A DNA stretch of 64,000 nucleotides, taken from positions 11,081,432 to 11,145,431 of the forward strand of contig NC_092679.1 in the NCBI RefSeq assembly GCF_964355755.1. Direction: 5' to 3'. The DNA is from Antedon mediterranea. Taxonomy: Eukaryota; Animalia; Echinodermata. This document shows positions 12,180 through 25,095 of this stretch, piece by piece (position 1 is the first letter of the stretch; each line of letters begins with the position of its first letter). The notes under the pieces are model-generated. The model made no database searches and was not told the DNA's origin. It saw nothing but the letters and a program-made list of their open reading frames with translations. A program made the translations under genes and the position numbers.

Positions 12180-13420
12180 TTATTTATTTATTTATTTGGA
12201 ATTACACCTTTAGATCGGTGGCACACTTAGCACAAAGGTGCATCCTTCACAATATAATTAGATATAACAATTAACAGAAAAGTAAAAAAAAGGCAAAAGC
12301 AACTATTATCAACCCCTATCCTACCCCCCCCCCCCCCCCCACCCAATTTACATCGATACATACAGTAGATCATTACTTTACACAATGAATACAAAACAAG
12401 ATATAGTAAAAGTGTATAAAATAAAATAAAATCAACTGATAAACACAGCTTATTACGAAACCCCCCCCCCCCCCCACCCCACTTTTTTTCAATTTACTTA
12501 ATGTAGCAATGTAGATAACATAGTTATTGAGTCATGGAATTCAGTGAATCATTTCGAAATTTCCATGCTTGTTTTAGGTATCTTTTACAAAAACTATCCA
12601 AAATATTTTCACATTCATCAATTAAATTATCTGAGTATCCCAAAATATATTTAAGTTTGTCATTTTCATGAGAAGTATAAAAAGTATCAAACATATCTTT
12701 GCTGCCATTTCTATACATATCCACATATAAATTAAATAATTCCTGATTACGTATATTTTTTAAAGCTGGACAATTAAGGATGAAATGATGGATGTCTTCG
12801 TCCGAATTTGTACCGGGCCATGTATGTATGCTTACCCTGTTGTAAGTGACAAGTTGCTATACTCTTTAAAACAAAGATATGATCTTCGCATCTATACGAA
12901 GGTCGAAAGCCTCCCTGGACTTCCGAAAGAATAGCATTGTCTTCAAGATAGAGAGAGATATTTTTGGCAACTATCCTATTAAAAATGTTGGATATACAAG
13001 AGGTTAACGATATCCCTCGATAATTATTGAGATCATTGCGATCCCCTTTTTTGTAAATAGGAACAATTACACTAATATTCCACTCCCTTGGTATTTGTTC
13101 TAGTTTTAAAATTTGTAAAAATAGGTCTAATATAGATCTGATTAATTTGTCGCCACCATTCTTAATTAATTCATTTGTTATATTATCTAGACCTGGTGAC
13201 TTATTATTCTTTGCCATTAGTATAGCCTCTTTTACAATATCATAATCTATCTTAACATCATACAAACAATTTTCGTCAACATCTTTATCATATGTACAAT
13301 TTGTTTTTGTTTGATTTCTAATATTATTAACAAAACAACTTGTAAGGTTAAGTACCGCAATCATTAAGATTCATATTGGCTTTGCCAAGATTTTCCCAGT
13401 ATATATAGATATGCGATCTT
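12180..13420 (-). mobile_element. LINE RT fragment with internal deletion, 3' UTR and (TAAA)n tail
   Basis: KSPGLDNI..ELIK, W..SVIVPIYKKGDR....NYRGISL, QGGFR..Y.CEDHIF. Tail at 12178-12196. Confidence 0.8.
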
Positions 13421-13439
13421 AATTTGTTTTGGGGTACAA

Positions 13440-14621
13440 AGGATAAAGGAAGCAACTAAACGTGAATGCCAAACGCTCATGAAAGTCATATTGGAAGGAT
13501 GGCCAAAGCATTTCAGCGACACTCCTGATAGCATAAAACCATTGTATAGTTTAGGAAGTCACTTCTCTACTGATGATGGAATTATAACCTTTGATGATAA
13601 GATATACATCCCCACTGTTATGAGAAGCGAAATCTTACAGAGAATTCATGACGGACACCAAGGTGTTACAAAATGTAGAGAGCGGGCAAAATCATGTGTT
13701 TGGTGGAATGACCTCAGCAAGGACATAGCTAACTTTGTTGAAAAATGTAGTCACTGTCAACTCTACAAGAGAACACAGAAGAAAGAGCCATTAATAACAA
13801 CACCACTACCGGACCGACCCTGGCAACGAATAGCTACCGACCTATGTGAGTTTCAAAACAACCACTACCTTATAATATCCGATTACTTTTCAAGATATAT
13901 TGAAATCACAAACCTTAAAAAAAACACAACAAGCATGAGAGTAGTAGAAGCGATTAAAACTGTTTGCGCTAGATGGGGAATCCCTGAAACGGTCATCTCC
14001 GACAACGGACCCCAGTTCACTTCACGTCAATTGAAACTATTTGCAGTCCAAACAGCGAAAACTATGCTAAGACAAACAGACCCAACGTTGGCACTTATGA
14101 TATATCGATCAACGCCCATTGAAGTAACAGGCTATAGCCCTGCACAACTGATAATGGGACGCCAGCCGAAAACTACACTACCAATACATGTAAAGAAGCT
14201 TCAACCAGAATGGCCTAACATAAACAAATTAAAGGAAAAAGATAGAGAAACAAAGAAACGTTACGAGCACTTTTACAACAAACGATACGGTGCCAAATCA
14301 CTACCAGAATTGAAACCAGGTGACGTTGTACGTGTTAAGACATGCCACGATAAAATTTGGTCGAGTCCAGTAAATGTTGCAAGTGAAACAGATCAGCCAA
14401 GATCCAACATTGTCCAGACCGCAAGCGGACAACTAAGGAAAAATCGTCAAAACTTACAGCAAAACACAGGTCACACTGATTGCCACCTAGAACAATATCA
14501 AAACCGTATTCCAGAAACCAACAACAATACTACAACCGACGTAGCATCACCACAACCAAAAAAGAGCTACACAACTCGCACTGGACGACGAGTGAAGTCA
14601 GTCAATAAACTTGACTTGTGA
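13440..14621 (+). pseudogene. pol: Gypsy integrase (HHCC zinc finger + DDE) with internal deletion
   Basis: IHDGHQG...C..C, PWQRIATDL, DYFSRY, SDNGPQF, YRSTP..GYSPAQL.MGR. The NG.AE segment is missing. Confidence 0.9.
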
Positions 14622-14873
14622 ACTTTTACACACAAAATATGTTGTGCAACGTTGTGCACCTTTATTGTTTAAGATGGAACTTGTTATTTTGAACTTTTGG
14701 ACATTGTTTATTTGTTCTGTGGCTCATGATTAATGACAATGCTATCGTTTTGATAAATAATAGTATCAATACTTTAATGCATTTATTACTAATTAGCATA
14801 ATAATATAGCACAACCACTGACTTAATAATATTTAATGATTTATACTATAATTATATTCTGTTCTTTCAACTC

Positions 14874-15041
14874 AAAGTAAGGAAGATGTCATGATAATAT
14901 ATATTACCGATACACCGCCCTCTATGTCTAATAATGAGACACAAATAAAAGTACACGGACGTAATATGGCCGACTAGAAACGAACCACGTTGTTGTGTTT
15001 GCCTATTGTAAATTGCCTCCTACCCCTCCACCTATATGACA
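14874..15041 (+). repeat. Polypurine tract and 155-bp 3' LTR of the Gypsy element
   Basis: AAAGTAAGGAAGA (14874-14886) followed by TGTCAT...ATGACA (14887-15041), with an internal AATAAA. Confidence 0.8.
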
Positions 15042-15136
15042 TAAATAACACAACTCAGTGGATTCCAAACCTATCCTATCAACCAAACTCCTAAACAATC
15101 TGAACCTAAAACATTCTACAAAATCGGCTGTAAATA

Positions 15137-15527
15137 TTTGAAGGCTTTCCCTAAGTCAGTGCGAAAATCGGCAAACGTAAAGTGCAATTACATATCTAAT
15201 TTTTCACTGTTTTGATGAATTTTCATAGAAAATTGACTTTATAAATGGGAAGACCGACTAAAATTACATTAGATAAGTATAATTTTACAAAAGTAATTGA
15301 TATGGTTAATGATAACGAGTCGTCGGAAGATTGACAATTTCACGAATTTCCTATTCTGTAACACAGTGTCATATCGCCGTAGCTGCACTTGTAATCTGGC
15401 CCCATTTCACAGCCTTCGTTCTGCTTCACTGGGCGCTTATATAAATTTAAACTTTTACCGTTCCAGAGACAAACAAATATATTTTACATTTTATACTATT
15501 CATTTTAAACCCGGAACCCCCCTTTAA
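15137..15527 (+). mobile_element. Right end of a Kolobok-like non-autonomous DNA transposon (copy 1)
   Basis: ~390 bp highly similar to 50308-50698. Both end ACCCCCCT|TTAA. Confidence 0.65.
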
Positions 15528-15871
15528 ACAAAAGGTCTGAACTGATTTCAAAATGTCGCCATAACAAAAAAATCTACCTACCAACTGACTGAAGCCTTGT
15601 AACATCTCGAGATACGGTATTGTTCAGTCTATCTGAAGATCGTTTAACGTGAAACACCGTTTAATAGACGTGCATGTTCCATCTACTTATAAATAAATAT
15701 ATATTCACTCTTGATTCCAATTGAGCACTTTTGCAGCCTCAATGCATCTATATATAAATATATATAGATCTCTGATGCGTGTGCGTACTAGAGGACTAGT
15801 GCTGTTCCGCCGTACCACGCCGAGAATGTTAAAGAGTTGCTATCTAATCGAGTTTGAACAATACCATGAGA

Positions 15872-15943
15872 GCCCTAGTGGTCTAATCGTTAGGACATCT
15901 GCATATCAAGCAGGCGGTCCGAGTTCGAGTCTCGGTTGGGGCG
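15872..15943 (+). pseudogene. tRNA-like sequence (ATC anticodon position) inside a repeat
   Basis: Folds as a cloverleaf: GCCCTAG/TTGGGGC, TCTGC-ATATCAA-GCAGG, CCGAG-TTCGAGT-CTCGG. T5 at 15946. Flanks are repeated at 17638-17920. Confidence 0.6.
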
Positions 15944-16099
15944 ACTTTTTCTCATTCTCACAGATTTTCTAATCTTTATCGTTCCAAATTAATTAATTAA
16001 ATTTCAGTATATCACCAGGTGGTTTAGAATTAATGTTCGTTGCCTGATTTGTTTATATATAAATATATCTAATTCGTGGTAAATTTAACACAGATCATG

Positions 16100-17492
16100 A
16101 AAGCGAAAGTGCTCGACAATAAGTCCTAGGCAGCATGGTTTTGTCTCTGGGAGATCATGTCAAACCAACCTCGCACTGCTTCTTGCTACATCATACGATG
16201 CAATTAACAGCAAGAAGCAGTGCGATGTGATTTACACTGATTTCTCTAAGGCTTTTGATTTCGTTTCCCATGATTTGCTTATTTTTAAACTTTCAAAATT
16301 TGGTTTATCCGGTTCACTGTTAAGTTGGTTTAAAAGCTATTTAACTAATAGACAACAGCGTGTTGTCATTGGGGGAGAGACATCTGATTGGCTCCCTGTG
16401 TTATCGGGCGTTCCGCAGGGCTCGATCCTGGGCCCGCTTTTGTTTAATTTATTTATCAACGATCTTCCTTTAAAATTTAATCCTTCCGAGTCTCTTTTAT
16501 TTGCTGACAATCTGAAATTGTTTAAAGTGATTACCACTCCACAGGATGCTTTTTCACTTCAGGAGGATCTGGATGGTCTCGTGGAATGGACGGAGAAGTG
16601 GGGGATAAAACTTAATGCTAATAAATGCAAATATTTATCTATAACACTTAAAAAAAGGCCTGTGCTCTTCAATTATAATCTGAGTGGACATGATCTTGAG
16701 ATGGTTTATGTATGGAAAGATTTAGGTATTTTTATTGATAGTAAATTAAATTTTTGTTCACATATTAATCATGTGTTGTCAAAAGCTAATAGAATGATGG
16801 GCTTAATATGGAGAAATTGTAGGTTTATGAACGACGGCAGGGCACTTTTATCTTTATACAAATCTATTATACGTCCTCACCTTGAATATTGTTCCGCAAT
16901 TTTCAATTCAATTTCTCCATGTCAGGCCCGTCGAATCGACACTGTTCAACGGAAGTTTGTTCGATTCCTGTCTTATAACTGTGTTAATTTTGCCTTTTCC
17001 ATTGATTCTGTCAGCAATCGTCGAACGATATCTGATATGGTTTTTTTATATAATATTTTAAATTCTAAATATGACTGTTCATTAATTTCACTATTTAGTT
17101 TAAATGTTCCTGGTCGTACACGAAATAGACATTTATTGCATATTCCTTTTAGCCGTGTCGACTGTACTAAGAGGGGACTTTTTCATAGACTACCTTATAC
17201 ATTTAATAATCTAAATAGCAATCATATCGATATTTTTAATGATAGACTTGGTTATTTTAAGAGGACGATGATGTGTTCACTTCTTGAACAGTCTGCATAA
17301 CCTGTTTTAATTGAAATTTTTTATGGCATGCCAATCTATGTTTTATATATATATATATATATTTTATCTGTATTTTATTGTTAACCGTTTTTGATGTTGT
17401 ATTGTTTTATGTTTCAAACCTGTTAGTGGCGGTATTTATCGCTGTTGGTTTTGATTGAATAAAATAAAAAAAAATAAAAAAAAAATAAAAAA
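16100..17492 (+). mobile_element. 5'-truncated CR1/Jockey-group LINE (RT, 3' UTR, A-rich tail)
   Basis: YTDFSKAFD, SGVPQGSILGPLLF, FADN (D>N), KDLGI, RPHLEY. Tail (A)n/AATAAA at 17457-17492. Confidence 0.92.
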
Positions 17493-17554
17493 TGTAGAGC
17501 CAAATATAAATAAATGATAAAGACGCTAGTAAATTACCAACTGAACATTTTATT

Positions 17555-17598
17555 GCACTACAGGCTGTTTCATGAGTATGAACTCAATCTTCAGGTGC
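17555..17598 (-). ncRNA. Minimal type I hammerhead ribozyme motif, canonical core
   Basis: GCAC CUGAAGA u UGAG uucaua CUCA u GAAA CAG c CUG UA GUGC, followed by AAUAAA. Confidence 0.62.
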
Positions 17599-17919
17599 TT
17601 GGCTCTGAATGATAGTCACAAATATATATATATATTTGTTATCGTTTCAAATTAATTAATTAAATTTCAGTATATCACCGCGTGGTTTAGAATTAATGTT
17701 CTTTGCCTGATGTGCTTATATTTATATAAGTATATCTCTTCGGAAATCCCACTTCGTGAATAAAAATAGTGAATAGATGAGGGCGTATCAATTTGATCTC
17801 TGGTGCGCGTGCATACAATTGTGGACTAGTGCTGTTCTGCCGTACCACGCCCGCCGAGAATGTTAAATAGTCGCTATCCAATCAAGTTTGAACAATACCA
17901 TGAAAGACCCGGTGGTCTA

Positions 17920-18075
17920 ATTATTATTACTGCCTTTCCGCTGAAAAGTCTGCCGACATTTCCGCTTGGGCTGCTCCGTAAATCTCTTTTACCAGTTTCT
18001 TCCAGTCTGATCTTTCATTGGCTAGTTCTTTAAGTTGTTTCATGTCTTTTCAATATTCTGACTGACAGTGTTCTC
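17920..18075 (-). mobile_element. Short LINE 3' terminus (RTE-like) with (TAA)n tail
   Basis: Minus strand encodes ..LKELANERSDWKKLV.. and ends GGCAGTAATAATAA. Confidence 0.5.
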
Positions 18076-18079
18076 TATA

Positions 18080-18700
18080 GAGTAATCAAATCCCCAGTTG
18101 ATTGTGACTTTTTACAGGCTGACCTCAACCCTATCATTAAATGGGGTGAAACAAATTGTATGTCCCTCAATCCTGGTAAATGTAAAGTCATGGAAATAAC
18201 CCGCTCGAAAAACCACAACTCTTTCCAATATTTCATCCTAAATAATCAAATCGAAACAGTGTCCCACTATAAATACCTTGGAGTTACTTTAACGTCGGAT
18301 TTAAAATGGAACCAGCATATATCCCAATCTGTTATCAAATGTAACAGACTTGTGGGTTTTATTAAACGTTGTCTTAAGACCAATGACCACTTTGTGCTTT
18401 TAAAACTTTTCACAACAATAATAGTAAGGCCAATCGTTGAATATTCAGCTCCCGTGTGGTTACCACATCAACAATGTACCATCAACCAAATCGAATCTAT
18501 CCAAAGACGTTTCACTAGATCATGTTTTCCAGGCTATTTCCAAACTATATATTCCCTCCGACCATCTTACGAAGATTTTAGGCATATGGGTTCTCGTACC
18601 AATGCATTTTACCACTCTGCTTTTATTTCTTTTCCAAGGTTGTGAGATACCCTCCCTATTGAAGTGACTGATTTGTGCCTTTTTGGTTCCTCTAAGTTTT
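18080..18700 (+). pseudogene. CR1-like LINE RT C-terminal fragment
   Basis: LQADL, LNPGKCKVM, YKYLGV, RPIVEYSAPVW, IESIQRRFTR. Confidence 0.85.
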
Positions 18701-18716
18701 TCCCTGCCTTATTTAA

Positions 18717-19342
18717 AGCCCCATTCCCTACGTTTTTTAGATCTAATTTAAGATCACAAACTATATTTAATGTAAAAATAATACTATATGGTCCTATTGC
18801 GATAACTTTTTTCGTCTTTAAACGGTTAAAAATGTGAAAAATAAGTCGATTCTAATAATTATAGCGGCCCGCTATAAATCCCAAAATGCATTGCGCGCGG
18901 ATTGATATTTTTGTTTTTCACCTGTAATTCGCCCACTTTTCGATCGATCGTGAGGCCAAAACAAATGGAAGACTCCTAACTTTTCAGCGAAAATACCGGG
19001 TTTTCCCCAATTTGTATCAACGGAGTCTGGTAAAAATAGAAATACAATTAATGCAGCAACTATACAACGTCAGGCTAGGTATATAGGTAGCGTACGATGT
19101 TCGTACGTTACCGATGTTTACCAGCTAGGCCTACAAAACTAAGCCTAGCTAGGCTAGGCCTAAGACCGTCCACGAGAGGTCGATCGCCGCGAGCTACTTA
19201 GGTAGTGCATTGTTTCTCACTTTTTATCATAATTTACCATAAAACGTACATTTAAGACAAGGAATGACATGGTTTAATGTTTTTAAAGTGATATATATGT
19301 ATTATTTTCCAAAAAACGTCCAAAATTGCAGGGAAGGGGTCT
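18717..19342 (+). mobile_element. Kolobok-like non-autonomous DNA transposon, complete (copy A)
   Basis: TTAA on both sides; TIR AGCCCCATTCCCT / AGGGAAGGGGTCT. Inverted near-identical copy at 57093-57716. Confidence 0.85.
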
Positions 19343-20002
19343 TTAATGTCTTTTGCTGTTAACTTGTTATTTTTGTCTGCACCAGAAGGAGAGTACTCAC
19401 ATAGTGACTTCGTCACTTTTCTACAATCCGCCAGACTGGTGGCAGTTTTCTTGTGTTTGTATTTTTTTATTTTTTTATGTTATACTAAATATGATGAAAA
19501 GATTTGTTTATTATGGAGCTGTTTTAGGCGCTCCGATAAAATTTCATTTGTAAACGTTTACGATTGGAATAGTATTTATTTATAGTTATACGCACGATCG
19601 CCGACCGCCGTACCCCCAGCGCAAGCCCTTCTTGGCGGCCACATGTTGTACGGTATTCGACTAGTATATTCTCCAGGTGATTATAGCATGGACCTAGCGT
19701 AAACACTTCTCGGATACATAGATACTAATCGAATACGATTGTCCGTGAAAACGTGCGCCCTCTCGAAATGATCGAGCGAGGTTAGCCCACACACGTACGT
19801 GTTACACACACGGTCGGTCATGCACTCGATGTTGCGGGTGCGAAACTCATGAATAACAAGTTAGGAACAACTTGTTGAGCTGGGCACGGCCGAGCCTAGG
19901 TAAGAAAAAACCTAAATAAAGGACGCCGTTGTAGATATAACAAAATATATTATTACAATAATATTGATTACAATTTAAAAAAAATATTGTTTTGATGAAA
20001 TA

Positions 20003-20110
20003 TAAGGTGCGTCTTATACATCGACGATATAAAAAATACCGATATTTTACTCTCAGTTAGGGGGTGCGTCTTATACACAGGTGCGACTTATACACCGAAA
20101 TGTACGGTAT
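20003..20110. mobile_element. Terminus of a Tc1/mariner(pogo)-type MITE
   Basis: Three GGTGCG(T/A)CTTATAC subterminal repeats ending TACGG|TA. Confidence 0.5.
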
Positions 20111-20674
20111 TATTTACTTTACTATTATGTTATGTTATGTTAAAAAAAATGTTGCAAATTTAGATTTCGTTGCCTTTTTTCATATAGACATATCACTATT
20201 AATCTAGTGTGTAATTAAAACAATATTTAAATCGAGTTATAATAATAAATGTACAATATAAGGTACCGGTGTCGATCATTATGAGTGTAATTATTTAGTT
20301 TATGTGAAAAATATTCTTAAATTATATTATTTTGATCGAAATAATGATTTTGATATAAAATTGATTGTTCAAAATGTTACCCTAAAATACAAATCTGCTG
20401 TTGGTTATTTTGAGTGTTTTTGTTGGTGTTATTTATTATTCCAAAATAAAGATATTTCAATTATAAAATAAAAATCACTCATTATCGTGAATGTGTTTGT
20501 ATTATCGACATTGTTGATCACGAATGGAGCCTCGGCCATTTGAGCTGCTGTGTACCGGATAAAGTGAAAAAAAAACATTCAAAAATGATTACACACTTCA
20601 TGGATAAACCCATTTTGGGCGAGTTCCTAAGAGTTTGATGTTTGATGATTTGGTACAGGAAACAACTGCTCTCT

Positions 20675-21894
20675 TTATTTGGTTATCCGCACTTGGCGGA
20701 TAACCCCTTGTTATTGTCAGGATCTTTTTTTTTTTTTTTTTTTTTTTTCTATGTTATTCTTCTTTCTTTCCCTGAATTTTGTTGGCAGCGTATCTCTAAT
20801 TCTGGCAAACAGAAGATTGTGTAACTTTTTCATAAGATTGACCTGTAACTGTAGATGTGCAGGACGTTTCGTTTTTTGACTTTAGAGTCCCGCAGCGTGA
20901 GTTACGCGCGATTTTGTGAATTTTGCGTATTTAACATAGATCTAAAACGAAAAAGCAATTTTAATTTAAACTTGGCAAAAGTGTAATTTATATCATGCGC
21001 TAACTTTCTATGGATTTAAAATGGCACTTTTCCAAAAAGTTACGCGCGCACGCGCGTTCAAAATTTCAAAATGCGAAAAATTTATTTCATATCAATTTTC
21101 TACGCGTTTCATGTCATTTTGAGCATTTCAAAAATTCCCACGCGTGCGCAATATTTTTACGCGCGCGTGCGCACGTATAGCAAAAACATCTTTTTTTTGC
21201 TTGATTTTTGATTTTTCAGCCTTCTCTAGTAATTTTACCAACTTTCAAACAATTTCGACTTAAAATCACGTCATACGAGCACGTAAAATTGAACAATTTG
21301 CGCGCGTTTTTGAAAAAAAAATTCAAAAATGTGTCAAAATTATACCTTTTTTTGAACAGTCATAGATTCTAAACTACATGGTGAATTTTATTTTTTTTTA
21401 CAAATTCTGAAAGTAGATGAGTTGTAGATATAGAATCATGCATCGATTAGGCTAATCGGACATTGTGACGTCATTGTATGGCCACTCGAATATCAAATAT
21501 AGGATTTTTTCTCTTTCGTCATAGCTCATCATATTTAATAGAGCGCATCTCCACTTATCCGTATTTCATTTCCTTCCGTTTTTATATATTGTCTAGGTCG
21601 ATCAATTATCTTTTGAATGATTCACCAATTTTAAAATTTTGATGACGTCATCATGTTCAAAAGCGTCAATAACTTTGGTCACTTATTTTCACCTATTCTG
21701 CACTGTATGTAGTACGTATACAGTACATAGTGTTATACCGTATATACTTAGAGGTGACACTAAATAGAGAGCGCACTAACATTTTTTCAACGGCATAATC
21801 GTTTTTCTCTGCGCAATATTCTAACGTATGACGTGCACGTGGCGTTTGCGCTGCGGATAAGCTAACTCGTCCGTAGTGACGTGTTCAAATTTAA
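20675..21894 (+). mobile_element. HINE-like short unit ending in a degenerate internal right terminus
   Basis: 21763-21894 matches 42063-42184, with mutated subTIR, hairpin and CTAG. 21900-22900 is a diverged repeat of 20735-21600. Confidence 0.7.
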
Positions 21895-24223
21895 TTATTT
21901 TTTTATTTATTTTTTTTTTTTTCTATATTCTTCTTTCTTTCCACGAATTTGTTCGCAGTGTATCTGTGTATAACTTTGTCTTAAGATTGACCTGTAGCTG
22001 TAAATGTGCAAGAAACTTCGTTGATTGATTGATTGATTGATATGATGTTAGAGTAACGCAGAGCAAGTTACGCGCGATTATATGGAATTTTATGATTGCT
22101 CATAAATTTTCAACACAAATATATTTTTGAATAAAACTTTACGAGAGTGTATTTTATAATATTGAGCAAATTTTGACATGATAAAAATTTATAATTAATT
22201 CGCGTACATTTCAGATCATTTTGCGCATTTTAAAATTTTCTAAATTATTTGCGTTTTGCTAACGCATTTGTGCGCACAGCTCGTACAAAGCGTAGAAAAA
22301 ATGTGTTTTGTAATTGATTTTTGTTGGTCATAGTCGTTTTATAGTAGATTTCACTCATTTTCATGAACTTTTATTGTAAATTAATGATGCACATGCACGT
22401 TGAACTTTAGAAATCCTGTGCTAAAGAATGGCTAATATAATGCAAATTTTGTGAAAAAATATACCTATTTTTATTCAGTTATAGCTCCTCAGTATGGCAG
22501 GTTACCCCATTTTTTGTTAATGTATTATAGAAGCTAATGAGTTGTAGATATCAATTCATGTACAATTTGTATCTAAAGGATGTTCTGACGTCACCGTTTG
22601 GCCACTCAAATTTTTAAAATAGATTTTTTTCTCTTTTGTATTATTTGATCCCATTTAATAAAGCGGATTGCGCTAGATTTTAATATGTTCTTGCCAAATC
22701 AATTATCTTTCACATGAGTTAACAAAGTGATCACGTGATTAAAACTTATGGAAATTGTTGAATTGTAGATATGAATTCATATACAAGTTTTGTTTATATG
22801 ATGTCCTCATATGGCAGTTGTTCAAAAAGTCAGATGTTTATCTCTTTCGTAAAAAATCATCGCGTTTAAAATAGAGCGCATCTCAGTTTCACGTTCCGAA
22901 ATTTTTCAAATTTGTATGTGTATATAATGTAATTATTTAGATAATTAAATTATATAACATATATAGTGTATTCTGTAATATGCTGTCAACACTGTAAACA
23001 TATTTATGTCTTACTCATAGGATGGCATAAAAATTGCCGGCGTGCCCAAAATTTTTCAACTTCTAAGAATGTATTTATTTAGATAATTATTCTCTAAAAT
23101 TGTTACCTTCATGTTTTATTTTGATGAAGTCATCATGTTAAATATAAAAATAAAAATATAGGTCTCGTAATTTTTTCTGTGCTTTACTGTATATAAGTAT
23201 ATACTAGACGTACGTACGTAAAATAGGCACAGTTCAATAAATCGCTTTTTAAAGACCGCGGCTTTCACTTTTATCTGCCTGAATTTCCTCAAAATGTCAA
23301 CATTTTGTTGCTCATAAAAATGTTCCTATCGGATGCTGCGAGGTCCTGCTATGGGGTCATGCTATAAGGTGCTATGGCCAGTAATTGGAAAGGTAGGATT
23401 TTTATTTGTTTTTTGTCATAGTTCATCACTTCAAACATATTACGCATCTCAGTTGTACGTGCCAAATTTCCTTTTAAAATAAAACATATTATGTTATCAT
23501 TGAGATGAATTATTTTCCTAAAATGGACATACTTTTATGTTTCATTTTGATGGCATCAAACAATGTTGTTCCCGTAATTTCATTTCTATACACCATAATA
23601 TACTACAGTACAACCAGTTACATGTGTGAATAATAATAATAATAATAATTACAAATTCTTGTCTTCTCTGCTCTCTGATTTGATTTAATGGATTAATGAA
23701 ATTTATCTCAGTTACGTACCAGTGAAACGTGCTCAAATAGATATAATATTTCTGATGAAACTAATATTATCACACCATAACTGTTAAAAATAATCTTTTA
23801 TTTTAAACAAATTGAAGAAATCACACAAATCTGTATAAAATGTGTACCGGTATTTATAAAAGCTTTCATTGGTTATTGCAAATGGTACAAAATTGTCAAC
23901 ATATAGTAGGCTGTTCATACTATACAGTAGTTCATCAACATTTTGGTGATCAGTAATTTTACTTAGTACATTATTTAAATGATAATTTGTTAGTTGAGGA
24001 TTCATTAAACGCATATTTATTGTTCTATTTATAGAAGATTCTAATTTTTTAACAGTCATTAATATGATTAATAATTTAATCATTTGCCGCGTTTAGACAA
24101 TTGTTATGAAAGAATGACTGCATTAGTGGATGCCTAAAACTCCGGATCCCATTATAATTGAAGAGATGAAACCATTCCATTGAACACCTAAAAACCAAAA
24201 CAAAATAAATTAATTATTCTTGT

Positions 24224-24968
24224 AAATGAGTAGATTACTGTATTAGTAAATTCATGTGGACCTGTATTGATAGAAAAAAAAATGAAATTATGTATAGAAT
24301 GAAGTATTGGTAATCGTATAAAATTAAACGTATTTTCTTCTTCTGTAAACTTTTTATTTTTTAAATTACTTGAATACCGGTAGATATTGAAAGATTTTTA
24401 TCTGCACAGATTGCAACATTGCATATTCAAATTCAGAACAATATTTATAATAATATAACTCACATAAAAACAAGATTAAAATGTGTTTACTCACCACATA
24501 TTGTTTCTCCTATACAGGAGAATGACATGGGTTGAAATTACAGATTATTCACTGCCCCTCTTGCATCGATAATAAATTGATTATTTTTCCAAATGAGTAA
24601 ATTACTGTATTAGTAATTTCATGTGGACCTGGATAGATAAAAAAAATAATGTAAAAAAAACAATTATACAACTGAAATTATGTATAGACCTAATGAAGTA
24701 TTGGTAATCGTATAAAACAAAACGTATTTTCTTCTTCTGTGAAATGTAACTTTTTATTTTTAACATTACTTGAATACTGGTAGATAGTGAACGATTATTA
24801 TGTGCAGAGATTGCAACATTGCATATTCAAATTCAGAACAGTATCTATAATAATATAACTCACATAAAAACAAGATTTAAATGTGTTTAGACACCAGATA
24901 TTTTTTTTCCTATACAGGAGAATGACATGGGTTGAAGTTACAGATTACTCACTGCCCCTTGTGCATAG
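24224..24968. repeat. Two-copy ~370-bp tandem duplication 3' of the RepHel ORF
   Basis: 24224-24568 aligns with 24590-24968. Confidence 0.85.
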
Positions 24969-25095
24969 AGAGTCATAATGATTTTCAGCTTGTTTTTATC
25001 AAATTGTTTTTTTTTATATGTATCCAGTTCTATTTTCAATTCTTAAAAAGTTTTTACAGAAATATAATTCAAATACTTAAAAACCATTGCTGTAA

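Noticed and set aside
15872-15943. Functional tRNA-Asp gene
   Set aside because: Atypical anticodon loop (ATATCAA), several G-T pairs in the acceptor stem, and flanks belonging to a dispersed repeat.
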